Of a stretch of 64,000 nt of DNA, positions 1 to 12,600 are shown in pieces. Where the stretch lies: contig NEEC01000199.1 of NCBI GenBank assembly GCA_002189035.1, forward strand, positions 1,397 through 65,396, given 5' to 3'. Position numbers and translations under genes: made by a program. Source of the stretch: Utricularia gibba (Eukaryota; Plantae; Magnoliophyta). Under the pieces are notes generated by a model that made no database searches, was not told the origin of the DNA, and saw nothing but the letters and a program-made list of their open reading frames with translations. The first letter of the stretch is position 1. Every line of letters starts with the position of its first letter.

Positions 1-3000
1 CTTCTTCGTCGAGGATGCATCAGAGCTCGAATTATCGCCTTATAGTAGCCTTCAGATGTGCCACAAATTGGCCACCACGTTCGCGACGATGCGACTCGGA
101 AAACGAGAATCGACCGATTGTGATTTTCGGCTTGCAAAACATCTGCGTTTTATTGGGTGACGTGAAGTATGGGTTTTCGAGGCGATCTCTGAACAAGCTC
201 TAGGTGTGTTCCTACCCGCAGCCTCATGGTGGCCTCGCACACCGTTCGGTATTTCGGCGATATCCTGAAAAACCGTGATGAGTCACGCTGCGCCCGGCAT
301 ACCGTTTCGAACCCCTTTCCGTGCCGGTCAGCTTCCGTGTTGAAAGCTTCTTCGTCCGAGGATGCATCAGAGCTCGAATTATCGCCTTATAGTAGCCTTC
401 AGATGTGCCACAAATTGGCCACCACGTTCGCGACGATGACTCGTAACACGAGAATCGACGCGATTGTGATATTCGCTTGCAAAACATCTGCGTTTTATTG
501 GGTGATGTGAAGTATGGGTTTTCGAGGCGATCTCTGAACAAGCTCTAGGTGTGTTCCTACCCACAGCCTCATGGTGGCCTCGCACACCGTTCGGCATCTC
601 GTCGATATCTTGAAGATCATGATGATTCACGCTGCGCCCGGCATCGTTTCGAAGCCCGTTCCGAGCCGGTCATCTTCCGTGTTGAAAGCTTCTTCATCCG
701 AGGATGCATCAGAGCTCGAATTATCGCCTTATTAGCCTTCAGATGTGCCACAAATTGGCCACCACGTTCGCGACGATGCGACTCGGAACACGAGAATCGA
801 CGCGATTGTGATTTTCGGCTTGCAAAAGATCTGCGTTTTATTGGTGACGTGAAGTATGGGTTTTCGAGGCGATCTCTGAACAAGCTCTGGTGTGTCCTAC
901 CCGCAGCCTCATGGTGGCCTCGCACACCGTTGGTATTTCGGCGATATCCTTAAAACCGTGATGAGTCACGCTGCGCCCGGCATACCGTTTCGAACCCCTT
1001 TCCGTGCCGGTCATCTTCCGTGTTGAAAGCTTCTTTTCCGAGGATGCATCAGAGCTCGAATTATCGCCTTATCTTAGCCTTAGATGTGCCACAAATTGCC
1101 ACCACGTTCGCGACGATGCGACTCGGAACACGAGAATCGACGCGATTGTGATTTTCGGCTTGCAAAACATCTGCGTTTTATTGGGTGACGTGAAGTATGG
1201 GTTTTCGAGGCGATCTCTGAACAAGCTCTAGGTGTGTCCCTACCCGCAGCCTCATGGTGGCCTCGCACACCGTTCGGCATTCTCGTCGATATCTTGAAGA
1301 TCAAGATGAGTCACGCTGCGCCCGGCATACCGTTTCGAAGCCCGTTCCGAGCCGGTCATCTTCCGTGTTGAAAGCTTCTTCGTCCGAGGATGCATCAGAG
1401 CTCGAATTATCGCCTTATCTTAGCCTTCAGATGTGCCACAAATTGGCCACCACGTTCGCGACGATGCGTTTCGGAACACGAGAATCGACGCGATTGTGAT
1501 TTTCGGCTTGCAAAAGATCTGCGTTTTATTGGATGACGTGAAGTATGGGTTTTCGAGGCGATCTCTGAACAAGCTGGGTGTGTCCCTACCCGCAGCCTCA
1601 TGGTGGCCTCGCACACCGTTCGGTATTTCGGCCATATCCTGAAAACCGTGATGAGTCACGCTGCGCCGGCATACCGTTTCGAAGCCCGTTTGCCGGTCAT
1701 CTTCCGTGTTGAAAGCTTCTTCATCCGAGGATGCATCAGAGCTCGAATTATCGCCTTATCTTAGCCTTCAGATGTGCCACAAATTGGCCACCACGTTCGC
1801 GACGATGCGACTCGGAACACGAGAATCGACGCGATTGTGATTTTCGGCTTGCAAAAATCTGCGTTTTATTGGTGACGTGAAGTATGGGTTTTCGAGGCGA
1901 TCTCTGAACAAGCTCTAGGTGTGTTCCTACCCGCAGCCTCATGGTGGCCTCGCACACCGTTCGGCATCTCGTCGATATCTTGAAGATCATGATGATTCAC
2001 GCTGCGCCCGGCATCTCGTTTCGAAGCCCGTTCCGAGCCGGTCATCTTCCGTGTTGAAAGCTTCTTCGTCCGAGGATGCATCAGAGCTCGAATTATCGCC
2101 TTATAGTAGCCTTCAGATGTGCCACAAATTGGCCACCACGTTCGCGACGATGCGACTCGGAACACGAGAATCGACGCGATTGTGATTTTCGGCTTGCAAA
2201 ACATCTGCGTTTTATTTGACGGGGGAAGGGGCGATTCTCTGAACAAGCTCTGGGTGTGTCCTACCCGCAGCCTCATGGTGGCCTCGCACACCGTTCGGCA
2301 TTCGTCGATATCTTGAAGATCAAGATGAGTCACGCTGCGCCCGGCATACCGTTTCGAAGCCCGTTCGAGCCGGTCATTCGTGTTGAAAGCTTCTTCATCC
2401 GAGGATGCATCAGAGCTCGAATTATCGCCTTATCTTAGCCTTCAGATGTGCCACAAATTGGCCACCACGTTCGCGACGATGCGACTCGGAACACGAGAAT
2501 CGACGCGATTGTGATTTTCGGCTTGCAAAAGATCTGCGTTTTATTGGGGATGACGAAGTATGGGTTTTCGAGGCGATCTCTGAACAAGCTCTAGGTGTGT
2601 TCCTACCCGCAGCCTCATGGTGGCCTCGCACACCGTTCGGCATTCGTCGATATCTTGAAATCATGATGATTCACGCTGCGCCCGGCATCCGTTTCGAACC
2701 CGTTCCGAGCCGGTCATCTTCCGTGTTGAAAGCTTCTTCGTCCGAGGATGCATCAGAGCTCGAATTATCGCCTTATAGTAGCCTTCAGATGTGCCACAAA
2801 TTGGCCACCACGTTCGCGACGATGCGACTCGAACACGAGAATCGACGCGATTGTGATTTTCGGCTTGCAAAACATCTGCGTTTTATTGGTGACGTGAAGT
2901 ATGGGTTTTCGAGGCGATCTCTGAACAAGCTCTAGGTGTGTTCCTACCCGCAGCCTCATGGTGGCCTCGCACACCGTTCGGCATCTCGTCGATATCTTGA

Positions 3001-6000
3001 AGATCATGATGATTCACGCTGCGCCCGGCATCTCGTTTCGAAGCCCGTTCCGAGCCGGTCATCTTCCGTGTTGAAAGCTTCTTCATCCGAGGATGCATCA
3101 GAGCTCGAATTATCGCCTTATAGTAGCCTTCAGATGTGCCACAAATTGGCCACCACGTTCGCGAGGATGCGACTCGGAACATGAGAATCGACGCGATTGT
3201 GATTTTCGGCTTGCAAAGGATCTGCGTTTTATTGGATGACGGGAAGTATGGGTTTTCGATGCGATCTCTGAACAAGCTCTGGGTGTGTCCCTACCCGCAG
3301 CCTCATAGTGGCCTCGTACACCGCTCGGTATTTCGGCGATATCCTGAAAACCGTGATGAGTCACACTGCGCTCGGCATACCGTTTCGAACCCCTTTCCGT
3401 GCCGGTCAGCTTCCGTGTTGGAAGCTTCTTCGTACGAGGATGCATCAGAGCTTGAATTATCGCCTTATCTTAGCCTTCAGATGTGCCACAAATTGGCACC
3501 ACGTTCGCGACGATCAGTTTCGGAACACGAGAATCGACGCGATTGTGATTTTCGGCTTGCAAAAGATCTGCGTTTTATTGGTGACGTGAAGTATGGGTTT
3601 TCGAGGCGATCTCTAAACAGCTCTAGGTGTGTTCCTACCTGCAGCCTCATGGTGGCCTCGCACACCGTTCGGCATCTCGTCGATATCTTGAAGATCAAGA
3701 TGAGTCACGCTGCGCCCGGCATACCGTTTCGAAGCCCGTTCCGAGCCGGTCATCTTCCGTGTTGAAAGCTTCTTCATCCGAGGATGCATCAGAGCTCGAA
3801 TTATCGCCTTATCTTACCTTCAGATGTGCCACAAATTGGCCACCACGTTCGCGACGATGAGTTTCGGAACACGAGAATCGACGCGATTGTGATTTTCGGC
3901 TTGCAAAAGATCTGCGTTTTATTGGGTGACGTGAAGTATGGGTTTTCGAGGCGATCTCTGAACAAGCTCTGGGTGTGTCCTACCCGCAGCCTCATGGTGG
4001 CCTTGCACACCGTTCGGCATCTCGTCGATATCTTGAAGATCATGATGATTCACGCTGCGCCCGGCATCTCGTTTCGAAGCCCGTTCCGAGCCGGTCATCT
4101 TCCGTGTTGAAAGCTTCTTCATCCGAGGATGCATCAGAGCTCGAATTATCGCCTTATAGTAGCCTTCAGATGTGCCACAAATTGGCCACCACGTTCGCGA
4201 CGATGCGACTCGAACACGAGAATCGACGCGATTGTGATTTCGCTTGCAAAACATCTGCGTTTTATTGGGTGACGTGAAGTATGGGTTTTCGAGGCGATCT
4301 CTGAACAAGCTCTAGGTGTGTTCCTACCCACAGCCTCATGGTGGCCTCGCACACCGTTCGGCATCTCGTCGATATCTGAAGATCATGATGAGTCACGCTG
4401 CGCCCGGCATCCGTTTCGAAGCCCGTTCCGAGCCGGTCATCTTCCGTGTTGAAAGCTTCTTCATCCGAGGATGCATCAGAGCTCGAATTATCGCCTTATA
4501 GTAGCCTTCAGATGTGCCACAAATTGGCCACCACGTTCGCGACGATGCGACTCGAACACAAGAATCGACGCGATTGTGATTTCGGCTTGCAAACATCTGC
4601 GTTTTATTGGATGACGGAAGTATGGGTTTTCGATGCGATCTCTGAACAAGCTCTGGGTGTGTCCTACCCGCAGCCTCATGTGGCCTCGCACACCGCTCGG
4701 TATTTCGGCGATATCCTGTTGATGAGTCACACTGCGCCGGCATACCGTTTCGAACCCCTTTCCCCGGTCAGCTTCCGTGTTGGAAGCTTCTTCGTACGAG
4801 GATGCATCAGAGCTTGAATTATCGCCTTATCTTAGCCTTGAGATGTGCCACAAATTGGCACCACGTTCGCGACGATCGTTTCAAACACGAGAATCGACGC
4901 GATTGTGATTTTCGGCTTGCAAAAGATCTGCGTTTTATTGGGTGACGTGAAGTATGGGTTTTCGAGGCGATCTCTGAACAAGCTCTGGGTGTGTCCCTAC
5001 CCGCAGCCTCATGGTGGCCTCGCACACCGTTCGGCATCTCGTCGATATCTTGAAGATCATGATGAGTCACGCTGCGCCCGGCATCCGTTTCGAAGCCCGT
5101 TCCGAGCCGGTCATCTTCCGTGTTGAAAGCTTCTTCATCCGAGGATGCATCAGAGCTCGAATTATCGCCTTATAGTAGCCTTCAGATGTGCCACAAATTG
5201 GCCACCACGTTCGCGACGATGCGACTCGGAACACGAGAATCGACGCGATTGTGATTTTCGGCTTGCAAAAGGATCTGCGTTTTATTGGTGACGTGAAGTA
5301 TGGGTTTTCGAGGCGATCTCTGAACAAGCTCTGGGTGTGTCCCTACCCGCAGCCTCATGGTGGCCTCGCACACCGTTCGGTATTTCGGCGATATCCTGAA
5401 AACCGTGATGAGTCACGCTGCGCCGGCATACCGTTTCGAACCCCTTTCCGTGCCGGTCAGCTTCCGTGTTGGAAGCTTCTTCGTCCGAGGATGCATCAGA
5501 GCTCGAATTATCGCCTTATCTTAGCCTTCAGATGTGCCACAAATTGGCACCACGTTCGCGACGATTCGGAAACGAGAATCGACGCGATTGTGATTTTCGG
5601 CTTGCAAAAGATCTGCGTTTTATTGGGTGACGTGAAGTATGGGTTTTCGAGGCGATCTCTGAACAGCTCTAGGTGTGTTCCTACCGCAGCCTCATGGTGG
5701 CCTCGCACACCGTTCGGCATCTCGTCGATATCTTGAAGATCAAGATGAGTCACGCTGCGCCCGGCATACCGTTTCGAAGCCCTTTCCGAGCCGGTCATCT
5801 TCCGTGTTGAAAGCTTCTTCATCCGAGGATGCATCAGAGCTCGAATTATCGCCTTATCTTAGCCTTCAGATGTGCCACAAATTGGCCACCACGTTCGCGA
5901 CGATGAGTTTCGGAACACGAGAATCGACGCGATTGTGATTTTCGGCTTGCAAAAGATCTGCGTTTTATTGGGTGACGTGAAGTATGGGTTTTCGAGGCGA

Positions 6001-7545
6001 TCTCTGAACAAGCTCTGGGTGTGTCCCTACCCGCAGCCTCATGGTGGCCTCGCACACCGTTCGGCATCTCGTCGATATCTTGAAGATCATGATGATTCAC
6101 GCTGCGCCCGGCATCTCGTTTCGAAGCCCGTTCCGAGCCGGTCATCTTCCGTATTGAAAGCTTCTTCATCCGAGGATGCATCAGAGCTCGAATTATCGCC
6201 TTATAGTAGCCTTCAGATGTGCCACAAATTGGCCACCACGTTCGCGACGATGCGACTCGAACACGAGAATCGACGCGATTTGTGATTTCGGCTTGCAAAA
6301 CATCTGCGTTTTATTGGGTGACGTGAAGTATGGGTTTTCGAGGCGATCTCTGAACAAGCTCTAGGTGTGTTCCTACCCACAGCCTCATGGTGGCCTCGCA
6401 CACCGTTCGGCATTTCGTCGATATCTTGAAGATCATGATGAGTCACGCTGCGCCCGGCATACCGTTTCGAAGCCCGTTCCGAGCCGGTCATCTTCCGTGT
6501 TGAAAGCTTCTTCGTCCGAGGATGCATCAGAGCTCGAATTATCGCCTTATAGTAGCCTTCAGATGTGCCCAAAATTGGCCACCACGTTCGCGACGATGGA
6601 CTCGAACACAAGAATCGACGCGATTGTGATTTTCGGCTTGCAAAGATCTGCGTTTTATTGGATGACGTGAAGTATGGGTTTTCGAGGCGATCTCTGAACA
6701 AGCTCTAGGTGTGTCCCTACCCGCAGCCTCATGGTGGCCTCGCACACCGTTCGGTATTTCGGCGATATCCTGAAAACCGTGATGAGTCACGCTGCGCCGG
6801 CATACCGTTTCGAACCCCTTTCCGTGCCGGTCAGCTTCCGTGTTGAAAGCTTCTTCGTCCGAGGATGCATCAGAGCTCGAATTATCGCCTTATCTTAGCC
6901 TTCAGATGTGCCACAAATTGGCACCACGTTCGCGACGATTTTCGGAACACGAGAATCGACGCGATTGTGATTTTTCGGCTTGCAAAAGATCTGCGTTTTA
7001 TTGGGTGACGTGAAGTATGGGTTTTCGAGGCGATCTCTGAACAAGCTCTGGGTGTTCCTACCCGCAGCCTCATGGTGGCCTCGCACACCGTTCGGCATCT
7101 CGTCGATATCTTGAAGATCATGATGATTCACGCTGCGCCCGGCATCTCGTTTCGAAGCCCGTTCCGAGCCGGTCATCTTCCGTGTTGAAAGCTTCTTCAT
7201 CCGAGGATGCATCAGAGCTCGAATTATCGCCTTATAGTAGCCTTCAGATGTGCCACAAATTGGCCACCACGTTCGCGACGATGCGACTCGGAACACGAGA
7301 ATCGACGCGATTGTGATTTTCGGCTTGCAAAGGATCTGCGTTTTATTGGATGACGGAAGTATGGGTTTTCGATGCGATCTCTGAACAAGCTCTGGGTGTG
7401 TCCCTACCCGCAGCCTCATAGTGGCCTCGTACACCGCTCGGTATTTCGGCGATATCTGAAAACCGTGATGAGTCACACTGCGCCGGCATACCGTTTCGAA
7501 CCCCTTTCCGTGCCGGTCAGCTTCCGTGTTGAAGCTTCTTCGTCC

Positions 7546-9273
7546 GAGGATGCATCAGAGCTTGAATTATCGCCTTATCTTAGCCTTCAGATGTGCCACA
7601 AATTGGCAACCACGTTCGCGACGATCAGTTTCGAAACGAGAATCGACGCGATTGTGATTTTCGGCTTGCAAAAGATCTGCGTTTTATTGGGTGACGTGAA
7701 GTATGGGTTTTCGAGGCGATCTCTAAACAGCTCTAGGTGTGTTCCTACCGCAGCCTCATGGTGGCCTCGCACACCGTTCGGCATCTCGTCGATATCTTGA
7801 AGATCAAGATGAGTCACGCTGCGCCCGGCATACCGTTTCGAAGCCCGTTCCGAGCCGGTCATCTTCCGTGTTGAAAGCTTCTTCATCCGAGGATGCATCA
7901 GAGCTCGAATTATCGCCTTATCTTAGCCTTCAGATGTGCCACAAATTGGCCACCACGTTCGCGACGATGAGTTTCGGAACACGAGAATCGACGCGATTGT
8001 GATTTTCGGCTTGCAAAAGATCTGCGTTTTATTGGGTGACGTGAAGTATGGGTTTTCGAGGCGATCTCTGAACAAGCTCTGGGTGTGTCCCTACCCGCAG
8101 CCTCATGGTGGCCTCGCACACCGTTCGGCATTTCGTCGATATCTTGAAATCATGATGAGTCACGCTGCGCCCGGCATCCGTTTCGAAGCCCGTTCCGAGC
8201 CGGTCATCTTCCGTATTGAAAGCTTCTTCGTCCGAGGATGCATCAGAGCTCGAATTATCGCCTTATAGTAGCCTTCAGATGTGCCACAAATTGGCCACCA
8301 CGTTCGCGACGATGCGACTCGAACACGAGAATCGACGCGATTGTGATTTTCGGCTTGCAAAACATCTGCGTTTTATTGGGTGATGTGAAGTATGGGTTTT
8401 CGAGGCGATCTCTGAACAAGCTCTAGGTGTGTTCCTACCCGCAGCCTCATGGTGGCCTCGCACACCGTTTGGTATTTCGGCCATATCCTGAAAACCGTGA
8501 TGAGTCACGCTGCGCCCGGCATACCGTTTCGAACCCCTTTCTGTGCCGGTCAGCTTCCGTGTTGAAAGCTTCTTCGTCCGAGGATGCATCAGAGCTCGAA
8601 TTATCGCCTTATAGTAGCCTTCAGATGTGCCACAAATTGGCCACCACGTTCGCGACGATGCGACTCGTAACACAAGAATCGACGCGATTGTGATATTCGG
8701 CTTGCAAAACATCTGCGTTTTATTGGGTGATGTGAAGTATGGGTTTTCGAGGCGATCTCTGAACAAGCTCTAGGTGTGTTCCTACCCACAGCCTCATGGT
8801 GGCCTCGCACACCGTTCGGCATCTCGTCGATATCTTGAAGATCATGATGATTCACGCTGCGCCCGGCATCTCGTTTCGAAGCCCGTTCCGCCGGTCATCT
8901 TCCGTGTTGAAAGCTTCTTCATCCGAGGATGCATCAGAGCTCGAATTATCGCCTTATAGTAGCCTTCAGATGTGCCACAAATTGGCCACCACGTTCGCGA
9001 GGATGCGACTCGGAAAACAAAGAATCGACGCGATTGTGATTTTCGGCTTGCAAAGGATCTGCGTTTTATTGGATGACGGGAAGTATGGGTTTTCGATGCG
9101 ATCTCTGAACAAGCTCTCTGGGTGTGTCCCTACCCGCAGCCTCATAGTGGCCTCGTACACCGCTCGGTATTTCGGCGATATCCTGAAAACCGTGATGAGT
9201 CACACTGCGCTCGGCATACCGTTTCGAACCCCTTTCCGTGCCGGTCAGCTTCCGTGTTGAAGCTTCTTCGTCC
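7546..9273. repeat. Complete 5-monomer HOR unit E-F-G-H-D
   Basis: Consecutive monomers carry E (CAGTTTC/CTCTAAAC), F (GAGTTTC/CCGTATTG), G (ACCGTTTGG/GGCCATATC), H (CTCGTAAC/GATATTC/CCCACAG) and D (AAGGATC/TCGATGCG) alleles. Confidence 0.72.
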
Positions 9274-9618
9274 GAGGATGCATCAGAGCTCGAATTATCG
9301 CCTTATAGTAGCCTTCAGATGTGCCACAAATTGGCCACCACGTTCGCGACGATGCGACTCGGAACACAAGAATCGACGCGATTGTGATTTTCGGCTTGCA
9401 AAGGATCTGCGTTTTATTGGATGACGGGAAGTATGGGTTTTCGATGCGATCTCTGAACAAGCTCTGGGTGTGTCCCTACCCGCAGCCTCATAGTGGCCTC
9501 GTACACCGTCGGTATTTCGGCGATATCCTGAAAACCGTGATGAGTCACACTGCGCTCGGCATACCGTTTCGAACCCCTTTCCGTGCCGGTCAGCTTCCGT
9601 GTTGAAGCTTCTTCGTAC
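8925..9618. repeat. Tandem duplication of the D monomer (D-D)
   Basis: Both 8925-9273 and 9274-9618 carry the D haplotype (AAGGATC, GGATGACGGGAAG, TCGATGCG, CATAGTGGCCTCGTAC, CACACTGCGCTCGG). Only the second is followed by TACGAGG/GAGCTTGAA. Confidence 0.85.
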
Positions 9619-12600
9619 GAGGATGCATCAGAGCTTGAATTATCGCCTTATCTTAGCCTTGAGATGTGCCACAAATTGGCAACCACGTTCGCGACGATCA
9701 GTTTCAGAAACACGAGAATCGACGCGATTGTGATTTTCGGCTTGCAAAAGATCTGCGTTTTATTGGGTGACGTGAAGTATGGGTTTTCGAGGCGATCTCT
9801 AAACATGCTCTAGGTGTGTTCCTACCTGCAGCCTCATGGTGGCCTCGCACACCGTTCGGCATCTCGTCGATATCTTGAAGATCAAGATGAGTCACGCTGC
9901 GCCCGGCATACCGTTTCGAAGCCCGTTCCGAGCCGGTCATCTTCCGTGTTGAAAGCTTCTTCATCCGAGGATGCATCAGAGCTCGAATTATCGCCTTATC
10001 TTACCCTTCAGATGTGCCACAAATTGGCCACCACGTTCGCGACGATGAGTTTCGGAACACGAGAATCGACGCGATTGTGATTTTCGGCTTGCAAAAGATC
10101 TGCGTTTTATTGGGTGACGTGAAGTATGGGTTTTCGAGGCGATCTCTGAACAAGCTCTGGGTGTGTCCTACCCGCAGCCTCATGGTGGCCTTGCACACCG
10201 TTCGGTATTTCGCCATATCCTGAAAACCGTGATGAGTCACGCTGCGCCCGGCATACGTTTCGAACCCCTTTCCGTGCCGGTCAGCTTCCGTGTTGAAAGC
10301 TTCTTCGTCCGAGGATGCATCAGAGCTCGAATTATCGCCTTATAGTAGCCTTCAGATGTGCCACAAATTGGCCACCACGTTCGCGACGATGCGACTCGTA
10401 ACACAAGAATCGACGCGATTGTGATTTTCGCCTTGCAAAACATCTGCGTTTTATTGGTGACGTGAAGTATGGGTTTTCGAGGCGATCTCTGAACAAGCTC
10501 TAGGTGTGTTCCTACCCACAGCCTCATGGTGGCCTCGCACACCGTTCGGCATCTCGTCGATATCTTGAAGATCATGATGATTCACGCTGCGCCCCGGCAT
10601 CTCGTTTCGAAGCCCGTTCCGAGCCGGTCATCTTCCGTATTGAAAGCTTCTTCATCCGAGGATGCATCAGAGCTCGAATTATCGCCTTATAGTAGCCTTC
10701 AGATGTGCCACAAATTGGCCACCACGTTCGCGAGGATGCGACTCGGAAAACGAGAATCGACGCGATTGTGATTTTCGGGTTGCAAAACATCTGCGTTTTA
10801 TTGGGTGACGTGAAGTATGGGTTTTCGAGGCGATCTCTGAACAAGCTCTAGGTGTGTTCTACCGCAGCCTCAAGGTGGCCTCGCACACCGTTGGTATTTC
10901 GGCCATATCCTGAAAACCGTGATGAGTCACGCTGCGCCCGGCATACCCGTTTCGAACCCCTTTCGTGCCGGTCAGCTTCCGTGTTGAAAGCTTCTTCGTC
11001 CGAGGATGCATCAGAGCTCGAATTATCGCCTTATAGTAGCCTTCAGATGTGCCACAAATTGGCCACCACGTTCGCGACGATGCGACTCGTAACACAAGAA
11101 TCGACGCGATTGTGATTTCGCCTTGCAAAACATCTGCGTTTTATTGGGTGATGTGAAGTATGGGTTTTCGAGGCGATCTCTGACAAGCTCTAGGTGTGTT
11201 CCTACCCAGCCTCATGGTGGCCTCGCACACCGTTCGGCTCGTCGATATCTTGAAGATCATGATGATTCACGCTGCGCCCGGCATCTCGTTTCGAAGCCCG
11301 TTCCGAGCCGGTCATCTTCCGTGTTGAAAGCTTCTTCATCGAGGATGCATCAGAGCTCGAATTATCGCCTTATAGTAGCCTTCAGATGTGCCACAAATTG
11401 GCCACCACGTTCGCGACGATGCGACTCGGAACACGAGAAATCGACGCGATTGTGATTTTCGGCTTGCAAAGGATCTGCGTTTTATTGGATGACGTGAAGT
11501 ATGGGTTTTCGAGCGATCTCTGAACAAGCTCTGGTGTGTCCCTACCCGCAGCCTCATGTGGCCTCGCACACCGTCGTATTTCGGCGATATCCTGAAAACC
11601 GTGATGAGTCACACTGCGCCGGCATACCGTTTCGAACCCCTTTCCGTGCCGGTCAGCTTCCGTGTTGAAAGCTTCTTCGTCGAGGATGCATCAGAGCTTG
11701 AATTATCGCCTTATCTTAGCCTTGAGATGTGCCACAAATTGGCAACCACGTTCGACGATCAGTTTCAGAACACGAGAATCGACGCGATTGTGATTTTCGG
11801 CTTGCAAAAGATCTGCGTTTTATTGGGTGACGTGAAGTATGGGTTTTCGAGGCGATCTCTAAACATGCTCTAGGTGTGTTCCTACCTGCAGCCTCATGGT
11901 GGCCTCGCACACCGTTCGGCATCTCGTCGATATCTTGAAGATCAAGATGAGTCACGCTGCGCCCGGCATACCGTTTCGAAGCCCGTTCCGAGCCGGTCAT
12001 CTTCCGTGTTGAAAGCTTCTTCATCCGAGGATGCATCAGAGCTCGAATTATCGCCTTATCTTACCCTTCAGATGTGCCACAAATTGGCCACCACGTTCGC
12101 GACGATGAGTTTCGGAACACGAGAATCGACGCGATTGTGATTTTCGGCTTGCAAAAGATCTGCGTTTTATTGGGTGACGTGAAGTATGGGTTTTCGAGCG
12201 ATCTCTGAACAAGCTCTGGTGTGTCCCTACCCGCAGCCTCATGGTGGCCTCGCACACCGTTCGGCATCTCGTCGATATCTTGAAGATGATGATGTCACGC
12301 TGCGCCCGGCATCTCGTTTCGAAGCCCGTTTCCGAGCCGGTCATCTTCCGTGTTGAAAGCTTCTTCATCGAGGATGCATCAGAGCTCGAATTATCGCCTT
12401 ATAGTAGCCTTCAGATGTGCCACAAATTGGCCACCACGTTCGCGACGATGCGACTCGGAACACGAGAATCGACGCGATTGTGATTTCGCCTTGCAAAACA
12501 TCTGCGTTTTATTGGGTGACGTGAAGTATGGGTTTTCGAGGCGATCTCTGAACAAGCTCTAGGTGTGTTCCTACCCACAGCCTCATGGTGGCCTCGCACA

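Noticed and set aside
301-320. GTTTCGAACCC resembling a tRNA/Pol III B-box (GGTTCGANNCC)
   Set aside because: It has a mismatch at a core position, no convincing A-box upstream and no cloverleaf, and it occurs only in one allele class.
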